Numbered from the stretch's first letter, positions 38,301-47,734 are shown. The stretch is 64,000 nucleotides of DNA from Planctomycetia bacterium (GCA_015075745.1 JABTTW010000002.1:446453-510452); one strand, 5' to 3'. Numbers and translations are program-made. Notes: generated by a model from the sequence alone, not told the origin.

Positions 38301-41300
38301 TCAAGGCGGCGCCGTTGTACCGGACAGAGGCACCAGCTCAACGGGCAACCTGTATCGAGGCGAAAACACGGCCAACTTTGATTGGCGAGGAACCGCTCCT
38401 GGCCCGTATCGCGTCAATTTGTGGGGAAGAAACGGCTACTCAAAGGAAAACAACGAAGAGCTGGATGATTTCACGGACGTCATCAATCTCTGCGACGTCT
38501 TGAACAACACGCCCGCCGGCTCTTACGTCGCAACGGTGGCTGGGGCGGTGGACGAGGACGAATGGTGCCGCTACTTCGCCCTTCACAACATCCTCAGCAA
38601 CAAGGAAGGCGGCATCTATCGCGATACGGGCGATGACTACTACCTTTTTATGAACGAGGCTGGGCATGTCGACGGCCCTGACGCGAAGTTCATCACCTGG
38701 GATACCGATTCCGTTTTTCGCGACGCCTACGAAACCATCTGGCGCACGGGTAATAACAACAACACGATTGCCGCGGTTCGCAATTTTCTCCGACACAACG
38801 CCTTCGCGCCGATCTACGTCAAGGACATCAACGACCTGCTGGCGACCAATCTCTCCATCGCCAATTTCAATGCACGCATCGATACGATGCCGAATGCGGC
38901 TTTCTTCACGTCCGGCGGCAGCGCGGCCCTCCCCGCCACAAGGCAACAGTTCAAGGACTGGTTCGCGGGCAGAGTGACGTCGATCAATAACGAGACCATT
39001 GACGCCCTCACCCTGACGGGCATCCCAGTTTCCCCGTATACAAACGCGAATCCGATACTTGCCTTAAGCGGCCAACTCAATCAGGCCGGCACCCACAACG
39101 TCACGGTCAATGGAGTCCAGGCCACCTTCAGCGTGTACCAGGGCAACTGGTCGTACAACTACAACCTCTATCCGGGCCTGAACACGATCACGGTCAAGTC
39201 GTTTGACCGGCAGGCACAGGAAACGGCGAGCATCACCAGCACCGTTCTCTACGATCCTCCCCCGGCGACGCCGGGCCTGCGACTGACGGCGCCGACGCGC
39301 ATGGTCGACAGCAAGACGCTGACGCTCCGCGCGGACATCCTCGATTCTTCCGGCAACATTGACTGGCGAACGTGCACGCAACTCGGCACGGTCTCCGCGA
39401 CCCGCCTCTCGGACGGCAGCCCGGTCCCGACCTCGATCACCATCTTCGAAACACTCAACGGCGGCGCCGGCGGAGGAACCCCTCCAGCGGACTCGATTCG
39501 TTTCTACAACGGCGTCGGCAGTGTCTCGATCACACTGGACCAGGGAGCGGGAACGCCACCGGGAGATATTCTCATAACTGTCACCGTCGGCCCCATGATC
39601 GTGTCGAAGATCGTCAACGTTCTCGACGGCGATAATCCCGCGCTGTTCAGGAACCTTTCCGGGACGCTTACCGGCGCCGGATTGTTATGGGGACCGAGTG
39701 ACGGCGTCATTCATCTGACGGGCACCGTCACGGTCAATAGCGGCAACACGCTGACCATTCTGCCGGGCACCTTGATCATGGTTGATGCCGGACCGGTCAA
39801 CGACGGCACGGCAATCATCCCAACCGGCGGCGGGCAGATCAGCGCACCGGGTTCGCGCGCCGAGCCGATTTACTTCTTTGCCACCAATGGTCCCTCGGCC
39901 ATGGTCCTTCCGCAGAATGCGCAGAACAATAGTCCATCGTGGCGCGGCATCTACCATCAGGGCAATGGAAACTCTACCTACTCATTTGTGTTCTTCACCG
40001 GCGCTGGCAACGGCATCGTCTCCAGCCATCCGCGACCGCCTATTATTCGCGCGGAGAATTCGCACATACTCACGTTTAATGACTGCATCGTCGCGGACTG
40101 TCCGGGCATGGGAACTTCCGCCCTGGGCGGCTCCAGCGGCACTTACACATTCCGCCGTTGCCTCTTCTCGCGCGTCGGCATCGGCGGCGAGTGGCTCGGC
40201 TCGGGACTGACGCTGCTCATCGAAGACTCCTGGTTTACGCGCATTGGTCGCGCGCCTGAGCCGAACGGCGTGGACGGCGACATCCTGCACCTGGATCGCC
40301 CGGGCAACTCATACATCATTCGCCGAAGCGTGTTGACGGACTGCGGCGATGACATGATCGATCACAGCACGGGCGCCCAGCCGGTCGTTGAAAACTGCCT
40401 CTTATACGACTGCCGCGACAAGGTCGTGAGCATCGGCCCGTTGGTGAATGGCCCCGAGGCCACCATCACCATGACAAACTGTCTCATCTTCAACGGCCCG
40501 GGCGGCCTTCGCTGCAACCAGGCGCCGGCCATCCTGACAAATTGCACCCTGGGGGCGGGCACCAACGTAAACGGTCAGGGCTGCACCGGCACCTCGATTC
40601 AGCGTTGTATCCTCTGGACCAACAGCGCGAATACATGCTGCGGAGATGTTGACTACACCATCGTCGGGAATGCGGGACACCTCGAGTGCGGCACCGGCAA
40701 CTTGTCCACCGACCCGTTATTCGTCAATACGACCTGCAACTATGAACTACAGGCCGGTTCGCCGGCCCTCACGGCGGGCCCATCCGGCGACAGGATCGGC
40801 TGGCTCGGTTTCCCGGTTCCGCTCAACGGCTGCATTGACAACGGAGATTGCGACGACGGCGATCCCTGCACCACCGATTTCTGTAACAACGGCATCTGCG
40901 AATACACGTCTGTTCCCGGTTGTTGCCACATGGACGCTGATTGCGACGACGGCAGTCTCTGCACCGTCGACGCATGCGTCAATAACGTCTGCTCCAACAC
41001 ACCCACGGACTGCAGCGACGGAGACGCCTGCACGACGGACACCTGCAACCCACTGACCGGGTGCGAACACGCCGCCGCCAATTGCGACGACGGGAATCCC
41101 TGCACGGTCGATTCCTGCGACCCGATGCTCGGCTGTCAGAACATCCCGATTAACTGTCCGAAAGGGCATACATGCAATCAAACCAATGGTCAGTGCGAAA
41201 TCCTGCCGATCACCGTGGTCTTCCAAAACGGTCTCAACGGTTACGCCGATACTCAGGATACCTACTTCCAAGAGTCGGTTCCGACTGCGATCAATGGCGA

Positions 41301-44298
41301 TCTCGAAACCATCCGCTGGGATACCTCTAGTGGTTCGCCGGCGGGACCGGTCTATATGGTTGTTCGCTTTGACAACATCTTTGGAACGGGGCCCGGGCAG
41401 ATTCCGACGACCGCAACCATCCAATCGGCCACGCTGACCTACACGATCGGCGGCGATGCCAATGCGACCGGCAATGACGGTGATCTACGAGAGGTGCTCG
41501 TCAACTGGGATGAAGCCACAACCACCTACAACAACTTCGGCGGCACCGCCGGTGTTCAGGCGGGCGATCATACGGGCACCAGCCTCGCCGTTATGCCCGG
41601 CAGCCCGCTGGGCGCGAAGAATATCGACGTCACGAGCAGCCTCGCAACCTGGCTTGCCGCCCCGGCGACGAACCTGGGATGGATTGTGCTCCCGATAAGC
41701 ACCGACGGCGTTCAAGTTCGCTCCAGCGAGTTCGTCGCGACGCCGGTGGATCGGCCGACCCTTTCTGTCACGTTCCTGCCGATCAGTTGCGCAAACGATG
41801 GGGACTGTGACGATCTCGATCCGTGCACGATCGACGCCTGCGTCAATGACGCCTGTGAGAACACGCCCATCAACTGCGACGACATGGATCCATGTACGTC
41901 CGACGTCTGCAACGGTGGAATCTGTGATAACACGCCCATCATCGGCTGCTGCGAAGTCGATGGTGAATGCGACGACGGCAGCGTCTGCACGACCGATTCC
42001 TGCGTGAACAATATCTGTCAGAACACGCCGATCAACTGCGATGACGGCGACGCCTGCACGGAGGATACGTGTGACCCGATCAACGGTTGTCAGTACGCCG
42101 TAACAAGCTGCGACGACGGTGTTGATTGCACCGACGACTCCTGCGATCCCATGCTCGGCTGCCAGAACGTGAGCAACTGTCCGATGGGGCTGACATGCAA
42201 TACCGGCAACGGCCAGTGCGAGTCGCAGCCGGTGATGTTGATGTTCCAGGACGGCGTGTCGGGATACGACGCGACGGTGGACACCTTCATTCACGCCGGC
42301 AGTCCGACGGCCAACAACGCCGCGGCGACGGTTCTGGTTTGCGACGGTGCGATGCCGGCGGCGGCCGATGATCGCCAGGTCCTGCTTCGCTTCGACAGCA
42401 TCTTCGGCGACAACATCGATCAGATTCCACTGGGCTCGACGATCCAGTCGGCATCACTGACGGTCATGATCACCAACGCCAGCCTCACCGGCGCCTCGCT
42501 GCATCGCATGACGCAGGCCTGGCTCGACACCAACAACTGGAACACCTTCAACGTCAATGGCGACGGCATCCAGCCGGGCACCGAATGCGAAGCCGCGGCC
42601 GACGTGAGCAGCTTCCTCAACGCGACCAGCTCGCATTCCATCGACGTCACGGCGAGCCTGGTGGCATGGTCCGCCGGTCAGACGAATAACGGCTGGGTCT
42701 GGATCAACAACGGGGACGACTCCTGGCAGTTCAACTCCAGCGAGTTCGGCACCGTCGGCAGCCGGCCCAAGCTGAGCGTCACCTTCCTGCCGCCCACCGG
42801 CTGCATGAACGCCGGCGACTGCGACGACGGGAATCCCTGCACCGACGACGCCTGCAACATGGGGATGTGCGAATACACGAACAACTCTGCCGCCTGCGAC
42901 GACGGCCTCTTCTGCAACGGGCTCGAAACGTGCGATCCTCAGTTGGGTTGCGTGGCGGACCAGCCGTGTCAGCCGGGCGAGCAATGCGATGAGGCGGCCG
43001 ACCTGTGTCGTCAACCGCTGATGAGTTGCCAGATCACAGATCCGATGCCGTCGGCAGGCGGAAGCACACGCCTCGAGGTATTCCTTTCCGATGTGCTGAG
43101 CGTGCTAGGCTATGAAACCGAGATCAGCATCGTTCGCACCTCCGGCACGGGAACGGTGACCGTCGGTTGTCCGGGAGGGGTCGCCGTTGACGACGACCGT
43201 CCCGATTTCATCTTCTTTGGCGTCCCGGATGTCTTCCCGGCCGCGAACTGCGCTGCCAAGACGGCCGCCGCCGCGCGCTTGTCCGGCGGCACAAGCGTCA
43301 CCAGTGCGCCGGCTTATCTTTCGGAGTATGCCCTGACGGTCTCGCCGGACGCGTCCCCGGGCAGCACGTTTGAAATCTCAATCGTGCCCTCCCCCGGTGC
43401 CGACCTGACCAATCCGAACGGTCAGCCCATTCCGTTCCAAGTGGCGCCTGCCTGCGTCCTGACGGTCGTCGGTGGGTGCGCGGCGCCTGCCTGCCTGACC
43501 GTGCAGATCACGATACCCGGGCTCGCGGCGGGCCCTGTCGATCGCGATGTCGAGTGCACGCTGACCCGTTGCGGTTCTTCACCCGTGACGGTCACCGAGA
43601 CGGTCTTATTCACGCCGAACGCGGGCAATGGGATTGGCGCATTGACGCTGACCAATGTTGATCCGTTGACGACCTGGGTTTCGGTTCGGGAAGGACACAC
43701 CCTCAGCAGATTGGCGGCCGTGGACTTCAGCGGCGACAACGAGGACACCGTGTCGGTCTCGCTCGTATCCGGCGATCTCCAGACAGCCGTGATGCCACAG
43801 GACGACATCGTCGATATCCTCGACTTTGCGATTCTTTCGTCCCGGTTCAACACGACCGTGACCGACTGCGTGACCGGCGACCCCGAGGATTGCTCGCTGG
43901 GCGCAGACGTGACCGGCGACGGAGATCAGGACACAGTCGATTTCACGGCTCTCCAGATATATTTCTTCCAGGTCAGCGATCCACAGGATGCCTGTCCAGC
44001 CTTCGCGCCGCCGGGCAAACCGGGCCGCGAACCGCTGGCGCAGGATGATTTGAAATCGACTTCAAACAAGGCGCCGCCCCTGGCGATTCCGCGTGGGTTG
44101 GGCCGCATCGGCACAAGCCGATTGCGCGCGATGGATGCATCGCTCGTATCGGCTGATGAAAACGGCGACGGTATCGTCGACGCCGGGGACATCAGAGAAT
44201 TTTTCCGTCAGCATGGGATAGCCATTCTGCCGGCATTTGAGTTGAAGCTGCGGTCGATGGAGGCCGCTGAGAATAGTTTGCAACAGGACAGCCGCTAA
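35359..44298 (+). CDS. Giant secreted modular protein (about 2980 aa): 3 lamin-tail domains, CotH kinase-like domain, right-handed beta-helix, 3 Cys-rich modules alternating with 2 DNRLRE-like modules, cohesin-like module, dockerin-like C-terminal cassette
   Basis: Signal peptide ...SRKSQLAWGIALFLLTGTPAWAQ (alternative start ATG 35383). LTD motifs are RITEYMYSGANGEFIELTNLG..VDLTGWSLDD (35461), a paralogue at 36121, and IVINELNYHP...EFVEFYNAG..VDLSGWVISDG (36931). CotH blocks are KLILNANQPTRQKLGFDIFRDAGMP and YFALHNILSNKEGGIYRD..DYYLF. The Cys-rich repeat is C.DGDPCT.D.C....C. EF-hand loops are DVTGDGDQDTVD and DENGDGIVDAGD. Confidence 0.9.
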   Translation: MKRTESDPMNNSRKSQLAWGIALFLLTGTPAWAQVRITEYMYSGANGEFIELTNLGGSAVDLTGWSLDDSTNTPGSLSLSALGSVAAGESVVITESAEATFRAAWSLAPTVKILDGSGVVAGLGRNDSIFIYDASSALVDRLDYGDQTFSGSIRTQNASGWICTQGLGANDPFLWVLSVVADAQGSVASTGADVGSPGSFTSVACPSGPTGACCTMGSCADGVTQADCENGGGVYQGDASLCSGVTCPQPSNAPIRITEYMYAGLDGEFLELTNIGMNPVDMAGFSFDDNTNLPGTIDLTSFGTVAPGESVIITEAGEATFRTAWNLDPGIKIISGIAIDAALGRSDTLNIWDGSNSLVDRLQYGDQDFPGTIRTQNSSGWVCDAGLGQNNPHEWFLSFPADIQSSTTSTGGDVGSPGSYTGVDCASGPMVTLTDPPSLISVDALPSVTVTFSAAVSGVVAGNLTVNGSPATSVSGSGAGPYTFSGYAVPIPGNVDINVASGSIVSSPGGVPFLGYGWSLSVGIRIVINELNYHPHDVLHPTQDTEFVEFYNAGASQVDLSGWVISDGVVFTFAPATFLDPASYLVIAVNPTALQAATGHAGALQWTSGALSNGGERVAIRDSFGNLMDEVEYSDGGAWPSQPDGSGPSLELINPNLPNQYAASWRASSGINGTPGAQNSVFNAAPAPIIISPMHTPSIPAPSTPVTVTALVLDDGMSPPNVTLNYRQDAVSPGAYLQTPMLDDGAHGDGAAGDDTYGATLTGLANGEQYDFYITADDGSAVSTFPRNHPTANGSCSAVGCQADQNPTCVLCQTLLCKFSNETLPTDFPVYHIIVSRPNKSTQESLSCNTSPVAFDPCKTEFDATFVDDTGKVYYNVTERYRGQSSITLFPKSYAVDFATDNQLPTPLGFSVRKLILNANQPTRQKLGFDIFRDAGMPASVCEFIRLRFTGINYDTTNIGSIGFNGLYACIERVDGDFLNSQGGAVVPDRGTSSTGNLYRGENTANFDWRGTAPGPYRVNLWGRNGYSKENNEELDDFTDVINLCDVLNNTPAGSYVATVAGAVDEDEWCRYFALHNILSNKEGGIYRDTGDDYYLFMNEAGHVDGPDAKFITWDTDSVFRDAYETIWRTGNNNNTIAAVRNFLRHNAFAPIYVKDINDLLATNLSIANFNARIDTMPNAAFFTSGGSAALPATRQQFKDWFAGRVTSINNETIDALTLTGIPVSPYTNANPILALSGQLNQAGTHNVTVNGVQATFSVYQGNWSYNYNLYPGLNTITVKSFDRQAQETASITSTVLYDPPPATPGLRLTAPTRMVDSKTLTLRADILDSSGNIDWRTCTQLGTVSATRLSDGSPVPTSITIFETLNGGAGGGTPPADSIRFYNGVGSVSITLDQGAGTPPGDILITVTVGPMIVSKIVNVLDGDNPALFRNLSGTLTGAGLLWGPSDGVIHLTGTVTVNSGNTLTILPGTLIMVDAGPVNDGTAIIPTGGGQISAPGSRAEPIYFFATNGPSAMVLPQNAQNNSPSWRGIYHQGNGNSTYSFVFFTGAGNGIVSSHPRPPIIRAENSHILTFNDCIVADCPGMGTSALGGSSGTYTFRRCLFSRVGIGGEWLGSGLTLLIEDSWFTRIGRAPEPNGVDGDILHLDRPGNSYIIRRSVLTDCGDDMIDHSTGAQPVVENCLLYDCRDKVVSIGPLVNGPEATITMTNCLIFNGPGGLRCNQAPAILTNCTLGAGTNVNGQGCTGTSIQRCILWTNSANTCCGDVDYTIVGNAGHLECGTGNLSTDPLFVNTTCNYELQAGSPALTAGPSGDRIGWLGFPVPLNGCIDNGDCDDGDPCTTDFCNNGICEYTSVPGCCHMDADCDDGSLCTVDACVNNVCSNTPTDCSDGDACTTDTCNPLTGCEHAAANCDDGNPCTVDSCDPMLGCQNIPINCPKGHTCNQTNGQCEILPITVVFQNGLNGYADTQDTYFQESVPTAINGDLETIRWDTSSGSPAGPVYMVVRFDNIFGTGPGQIPTTATIQSATLTYTIGGDANATGNDGDLREVLVNWDEATTTYNNFGGTAGVQAGDHTGTSLAVMPGSPLGAKNIDVTSSLATWLAAPATNLGWIVLPISTDGVQVRSSEFVATPVDRPTLSVTFLPISCANDGDCDDLDPCTIDACVNDACENTPINCDDMDPCTSDVCNGGICDNTPIIGCCEVDGECDDGSVCTTDSCVNNICQNTPINCDDGDACTEDTCDPINGCQYAVTSCDDGVDCTDDSCDPMLGCQNVSNCPMGLTCNTGNGQCESQPVMLMFQDGVSGYDATVDTFIHAGSPTANNAAATVLVCDGAMPAAADDRQVLLRFDSIFGDNIDQIPLGSTIQSASLTVMITNASLTGASLHRMTQAWLDTNNWNTFNVNGDGIQPGTECEAAADVSSFLNATSSHSIDVTASLVAWSAGQTNNGWVWINNGDDSWQFNSSEFGTVGSRPKLSVTFLPPTGCMNAGDCDDGNPCTDDACNMGMCEYTNNSAACDDGLFCNGLETCDPQLGCVADQPCQPGEQCDEAADLCRQPLMSCQITDPMPSAGGSTRLEVFLSDVLSVLGYETEISIVRTSGTGTVTVGCPGGVAVDDDRPDFIFFGVPDVFPAANCAAKTAAAARLSGGTSVTSAPAYLSEYALTVSPDASPGSTFEISIVPSPGADLTNPNGQPIPFQVAPACVLTVVGGCAAPACLTVQITIPGLAAGPVDRDVECTLTRCGSSPVTVTETVLFTPNAGNGIGALTLTNVDPLTTWVSVREGHTLSRLAAVDFSGDNEDTVSVSLVSGDLQTAVMPQDDIVDILDFAILSSRFNTTVTDCVTGDPEDCSLGADVTGDGDQDTVDFTALQIYFFQVSDPQDACPAFAPPGKPGREPLAQDDLKSTSNKAPPLAIPRGLGRIGTSRLRAMDASLVSADENGDGIVDAGDIREFFRQHGIAILPAFELKLRSMEAAENSLQQDSR
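43486..44295 (+). repeat. Paralogous C-terminal cassette, copy 1 (beta-sandwich + split dockerin-like EF-hand pair)
   Basis: CLTVQITIPGL...WVSVREGHTLSRL...SGDLQTAVMPQDDIVDILDFAILSSRFNTTVTDCVTGDPEDCSLGADVTGDGDQDTVDFTALQIYFF...DENGDGIVDAGDIREFFRQHGI. Aligns along its length with 45970-46791 and 51961-52780. Confidence 0.8.
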
Positions 44299-44415
44299 GT
44301 CGGCTTCTTCGTTGCCGAATTGTTGAGAGTTTTTGAAGTTGACCGCTCTTGACAATAGAGCGGGCAACACTGGGCCATGTAGCTGTTATTGATGTCCTGA
44401 AAGGGGAAATACGTC

Positions 44416-46794
44416 ATGAAGAGCCTTTCACAAATCGCACGCAACGCCTTTTTCGGCGCCTGCCTGTTTCTGTTGATCGTGCAGTCCGCACATGCCATTA
44501 CAGGAACCGTGCAGCTTCGAACCGGCCTTGAGCCGGCGGCGGTGTGCGAGACCACGGCCACATCGACCGTCAGCGTGACCCTCGAGGTCGCTGACCTTGT
44601 GGACGCACTCGGCGTCAACGGCGTGCAGGTACGATTGAGCTACGATAACTCCGTCTTGGCGCTGAATTCCGGCAGCACCACCGAGCTCTCCGGCTTCACT
44701 CGAATCTACCTCGCCGACAGCGCCGGACTTGTCACCTACGCAATCGTCAACAATGGCGGTTCCGTCGGTCCCGGGGTTGGGCCGTTCTCCGTGGCGACGC
44801 TCGTTTTTGACGTCATGGGCGAGGGAAACACCGCGGTCACCTTTCAGGCGGATAGCAGTCCCTTCGTGACCAGCTTGACCACAGCCGAACAGAACCCCCA
44901 ATTCATCACCGGCGCGAACCTCATCAAAACTCCCTCCGGCGCCATCAGCATCGACGACACCACTGCGACCGCCTCCAGCAACAGTCCGGTCTGCGAAGGC
45001 GACTCCCTCACCCTCGACGGCGGTACCACTGGCACGCTTCCAAATTCTCCCTATTCATTCTCCTGGTCCGGCCCTGACGGCTTCTCCTCGAATGATGAGG
45101 ATCCCGAAGTCTCCGCCAGCGCCACATCCGCGATGGCAGGAACCTATACCCTGACCGTGACAAACGCCCAGGGTTGCACATTCCAGGCAATGACCGAAGT
45201 TGTCGTCAACGCGAACCCCGCTTGCTCCATTACGACTGCCTCCCCTGTTTGCTCCGGGTCCAACAACACCGCCGATGGGCCGGCCGGCATGACCACCTAC
45301 GTCTGGTCCGTCATAGGCGGCTCGCTCGACATGGGACAAGGCACTTCCCAAATTTCCTACACAGCAGGCGCAGGCCCGACGGTCACGATTGATCTGACCG
45401 TCACCGACGCCAACGGTTGCAGCAGCAGTTGTCAGGAGATCGTAACGGTTGAAACGGCCCCGACCGCCGACGCAGGCATGGATCAGACCATCTGCTCCGG
45501 CAGCGACGTCACCCTCGACGGAACCTGCGGCGGCGCAACCGGCAGCCTCTGGTCCTCCATCGGCGACGGCACCTTCGGCGACGACTCGATGGAAGACACC
45601 ACCTACACACCCGGCGCAGCTGACCTGCTCGCCGGAACCGTGACACTCACCCTGACCTGCAGCGGCAACGCCTGTCCGGCCGCGATGGACTCGCTCGTCG
45701 TGACCATCGAATCCGCACCCACCGCCGACGCCGGCATGGATCAGACCATCTGCAGCGGCAGCGACGTCACCCTCGACGGAACCTGCGGCGGCGCAACCGG
45801 CAGCCTCTGGACCTCCAGCGGCGACGGCGCCTTCGGCGACAATTCGCTCGAAGACACCACCTACACACCCGGCGCGGCCGACCTGCTCGCCGGGACTGTC
45901 ACGCTGACACTCACCTGCAATGGCAACGCCTGTCCGGCCGCGATGGACTCGCTCGTCGTGACCATTCAAGGATGCGTCACCGTAAATCTCGAAGTGCCCG
46001 GCCTGCTCGGCGACGCCGCTGAGGGCGAGCATGTGGCGGATCGGTCCGTTCAGTTCGACCTGACCACTTGCCCCGGAACGGTCGACTCCCGAACGCAGAC
46101 CGTTGAATTCAAGCGGACTGGGTTGAATGGCACGGCAACGGTGATCCTCGCCAACCCGAATCCGTCGGCGACCTGGCTGAGCGTCGTCGAAGGTCACACG
46201 TTGCGCCGGCGCGTGCCGATTGACCTCTCCATAAACGGTTCGGACGTCGTAACAGTAAGCCTGATCTCCGGAGACCTGCAGACTTCAACGGTGCCGCAGG
46301 ATGCGCTGGTTGACATCGTTGACTTTTCCATCCTTGCATCTCGATGGAATACGGTTGTGTCCGATTGCGTGGGCGGCGACCCCGAGGATTGCTCGTTGGG
46401 CGCAGACGTGACCGGCGACGGCGAACAGGACACGGTCGACTTCACCGCCATTCAAATTTACTTCTTCAGTGTCGGTGATGACGTGAGCAATTGCGGGGTG
46501 ATCAGTCCTCCCGCCGGCCCCAAGAAGAAGGACGGCGGGATCGCAGTCGCTACCGTCTCCGTCCCAGTACCGATTCGCAGGGGCGCCACCGGGCTCCCGG
46601 GCAGAACGTCGATTTCCGTCGGTGAACTGACAACTCTCGACGCCCGGGCCGCTCTGGCAGACGTCAACGGCGATGGCACCGTGGATGCCAGTGACATTCG
46701 ACTGTTCGCCCGACAGCAAGGACTTCCGATCCTCGAGTCGTTCGATCAGAAGCTCAAGGCCATCGAGGCCTCGAATTTTGAGCAGGGCAACTAA
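44416..46794 (+). CDS. Secreted protein (792 aa): N-terminal cohesin-like module, Ig/SprB-type repeats, dockerin-like C-terminal cassette
   Basis: Signal peptide MKSLSQIARNAFFGACLFLLIVQSAHA. Cohesin-like block VSVTLEVADLVDALGVNGVQVRLSYDNSVLAL. Repeats SNSPVCEGDSLTL...Y.W.GPDGF...AGTYTLTVTNAQGC and ADAGMDQTICSGSDVTLDG. Cassette as in 43486-44295. Confidence 0.9.
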   Translation: MKSLSQIARNAFFGACLFLLIVQSAHAITGTVQLRTGLEPAAVCETTATSTVSVTLEVADLVDALGVNGVQVRLSYDNSVLALNSGSTTELSGFTRIYLADSAGLVTYAIVNNGGSVGPGVGPFSVATLVFDVMGEGNTAVTFQADSSPFVTSLTTAEQNPQFITGANLIKTPSGAISIDDTTATASSNSPVCEGDSLTLDGGTTGTLPNSPYSFSWSGPDGFSSNDEDPEVSASATSAMAGTYTLTVTNAQGCTFQAMTEVVVNANPACSITTASPVCSGSNNTADGPAGMTTYVWSVIGGSLDMGQGTSQISYTAGAGPTVTIDLTVTDANGCSSSCQEIVTVETAPTADAGMDQTICSGSDVTLDGTCGGATGSLWSSIGDGTFGDDSMEDTTYTPGAADLLAGTVTLTLTCSGNACPAAMDSLVVTIESAPTADAGMDQTICSGSDVTLDGTCGGATGSLWTSSGDGAFGDNSLEDTTYTPGAADLLAGTVTLTLTCNGNACPAAMDSLVVTIQGCVTVNLEVPGLLGDAAEGEHVADRSVQFDLTTCPGTVDSRTQTVEFKRTGLNGTATVILANPNPSATWLSVVEGHTLRRRVPIDLSINGSDVVTVSLISGDLQTSTVPQDALVDIVDFSILASRWNTVVSDCVGGDPEDCSLGADVTGDGEQDTVDFTAIQIYFFSVGDDVSNCGVISPPAGPKKKDGGIAVATVSVPVPIRRGATGLPGRTSISVGELTTLDARAALADVNGDGTVDASDIRLFARQQGLPILESFDQKLKAIEASNFEQGN
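45451..45966 (+). repeat. Tandem duplication, 2 x 258 nt (86 aa) inside the 792-aa gene
   Basis: Units 45451-45708 and 45709-45966 are roughly 88-90 percent identical by eye. They share identical runs over 50 nt long, for example GGCAGCGACGTCACCCTCGACGGAACCTGCGGCGGCGCAACCGGCAGCCTCTGG. Confidence 0.9.
45970..46791 (+). repeat. Paralogous C-terminal cassette, copy 2
   Basis: CVTVNLEVPGL...WLSVVEGHTLRRR...SGDLQTSTVPQDALVDIVDFSILASRWNTVVSDCVGGDPEDCSLGADVTGDGEQDTVDFTAIQIYFF...DVNGDGTVDASDIRLFARQQGL. A nucleotide stretch of about 45 nt (GACCCCGAGGATTGCTCG.TGGGCGCAGACGTGACCGGCGACGG) is nearly identical to copy 1. Confidence 0.8.
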
Positions 46795-46823
46795 TAATGC
46801 CCGGTTCTTGGGAGTAAGTACCT

Positions 46824-47639
46824 ATGTGTGGCACAGTAAAAACACAGTTAACTTGGTTAACGGGCTTTGCGAATCGCACGTTCGCTGAGCCTTCCCGGAG
46901 GCTGCGCGGTCATCGGACGCCATGGGTGGTGCCGCTGCTCACCCTTGTCACGATGTTGCCGTCCGTTTCCATCGCCGCGATCAATCTCGAATTCCGTCCG
47001 CCGCAAAAAATTGCCCGGCCGGGAGAGTGGGTCGATGCGGGTCTCTATGCCGTATCCGACAACGCCTCGAATCAGCCGATCTCCGCCATGGACGTCCTCC
47101 TCCAATGGGACCCGACAACCCTTCAACTCATCGGCGTCATCAATAACGGGCCCTTCGGCTGGTTCCAATCGGGATTTCTTGACGACAGCGGTCTTGACGG
47201 GCTGAATAACACATTCGCCGACGGAGATGCCAAATATACGGCACTGGGGCAGTTTGCCAATCCAGCCATGGCGACTCCCGCGGGCCTGCTGGTGACGACG
47301 ATCCGCTTTCAGGCGATTGCCGAGACGCCGCTCAACACCGTCACGATACCGCTCATGCTTGGGAATTCCACCGAAACCGGGGTTTACGGCACTGCCGTTC
47401 CCGGTCAGGACGTGACCGGCACGCTTGGCGTGTCGGAGGTCATGATCTGCCCCGGGGCAGCCGACGGCGATATCAACCTCGATGGCAACACCGATGGCTT
47501 GGATATCCAAAGTTTTATCCAGGCCATGATACTAGAATCGACCGCCTTTTCCGACGTTTGTCGCGCGGATTTCAGCGGAGACAGCGAAGTGAGTGTCAAC
47601 GATATCGCCGGAATGGTTCAGTCGTTACTGGATGGATGA
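46824..47639 (+). CDS. Small secreted cohesin-like + compact dockerin-like protein (271 aa)
   Basis: GGGAG RBS at 46810. Cohesin-like block PISAMDVLLQWDPTTLQLIGV...LLVTTIRFQAI. Compact dockerin DGDINLDGNTDGLDIQSFIQAMI...ADFSGDSEVSVNDIAGMVQSLL (two D.N.DG.....D loops about 22 aa apart). Confidence 0.85.
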   Translation: MCGTVKTQLTWLTGFANRTFAEPSRRLRGHRTPWVVPLLTLVTMLPSVSIAAINLEFRPPQKIARPGEWVDAGLYAVSDNASNQPISAMDVLLQWDPTTLQLIGVINNGPFGWFQSGFLDDSGLDGLNNTFADGDAKYTALGQFANPAMATPAGLLVTTIRFQAIAETPLNTVTIPLMLGNSTETGVYGTAVPGQDVTGTLGVSEVMICPGAADGDINLDGNTDGLDIQSFIQAMILESTAFSDVCRADFSGDSEVSVNDIAGMVQSLLDG

Positions 47640-47734
47640 TCTCGTGGATCGTGTCGCCGCGCGACAAAACGTGTCACGCCGCGGCCGGGTCGTCAAGAGT
47701 TTGCTTATCATGCGAGGGTCAAGGGAGTGGCAAT

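Noticed and set aside
44342-44362. Hairpin CCGCTCT-TGACAAT-AGAGCGG after the 3012-aa gene as a terminator. GC hairpins after 8445 and 54123 were considered for the same reason.
   Set aside because: None has a following T-tract. The first lies only about 55 nt upstream of the next gene in an apparent operon. They are not supportable as intrinsic terminators.
47558-47734. Upstream in-frame extension of the 1741-aa ORF.
   Set aside because: It overlaps the preceding gene by 82 nt and encodes an Arg/Cys-rich non-signal sequence. ATG 47735 has an AAGGGAG RBS and gives a proper signal peptide.
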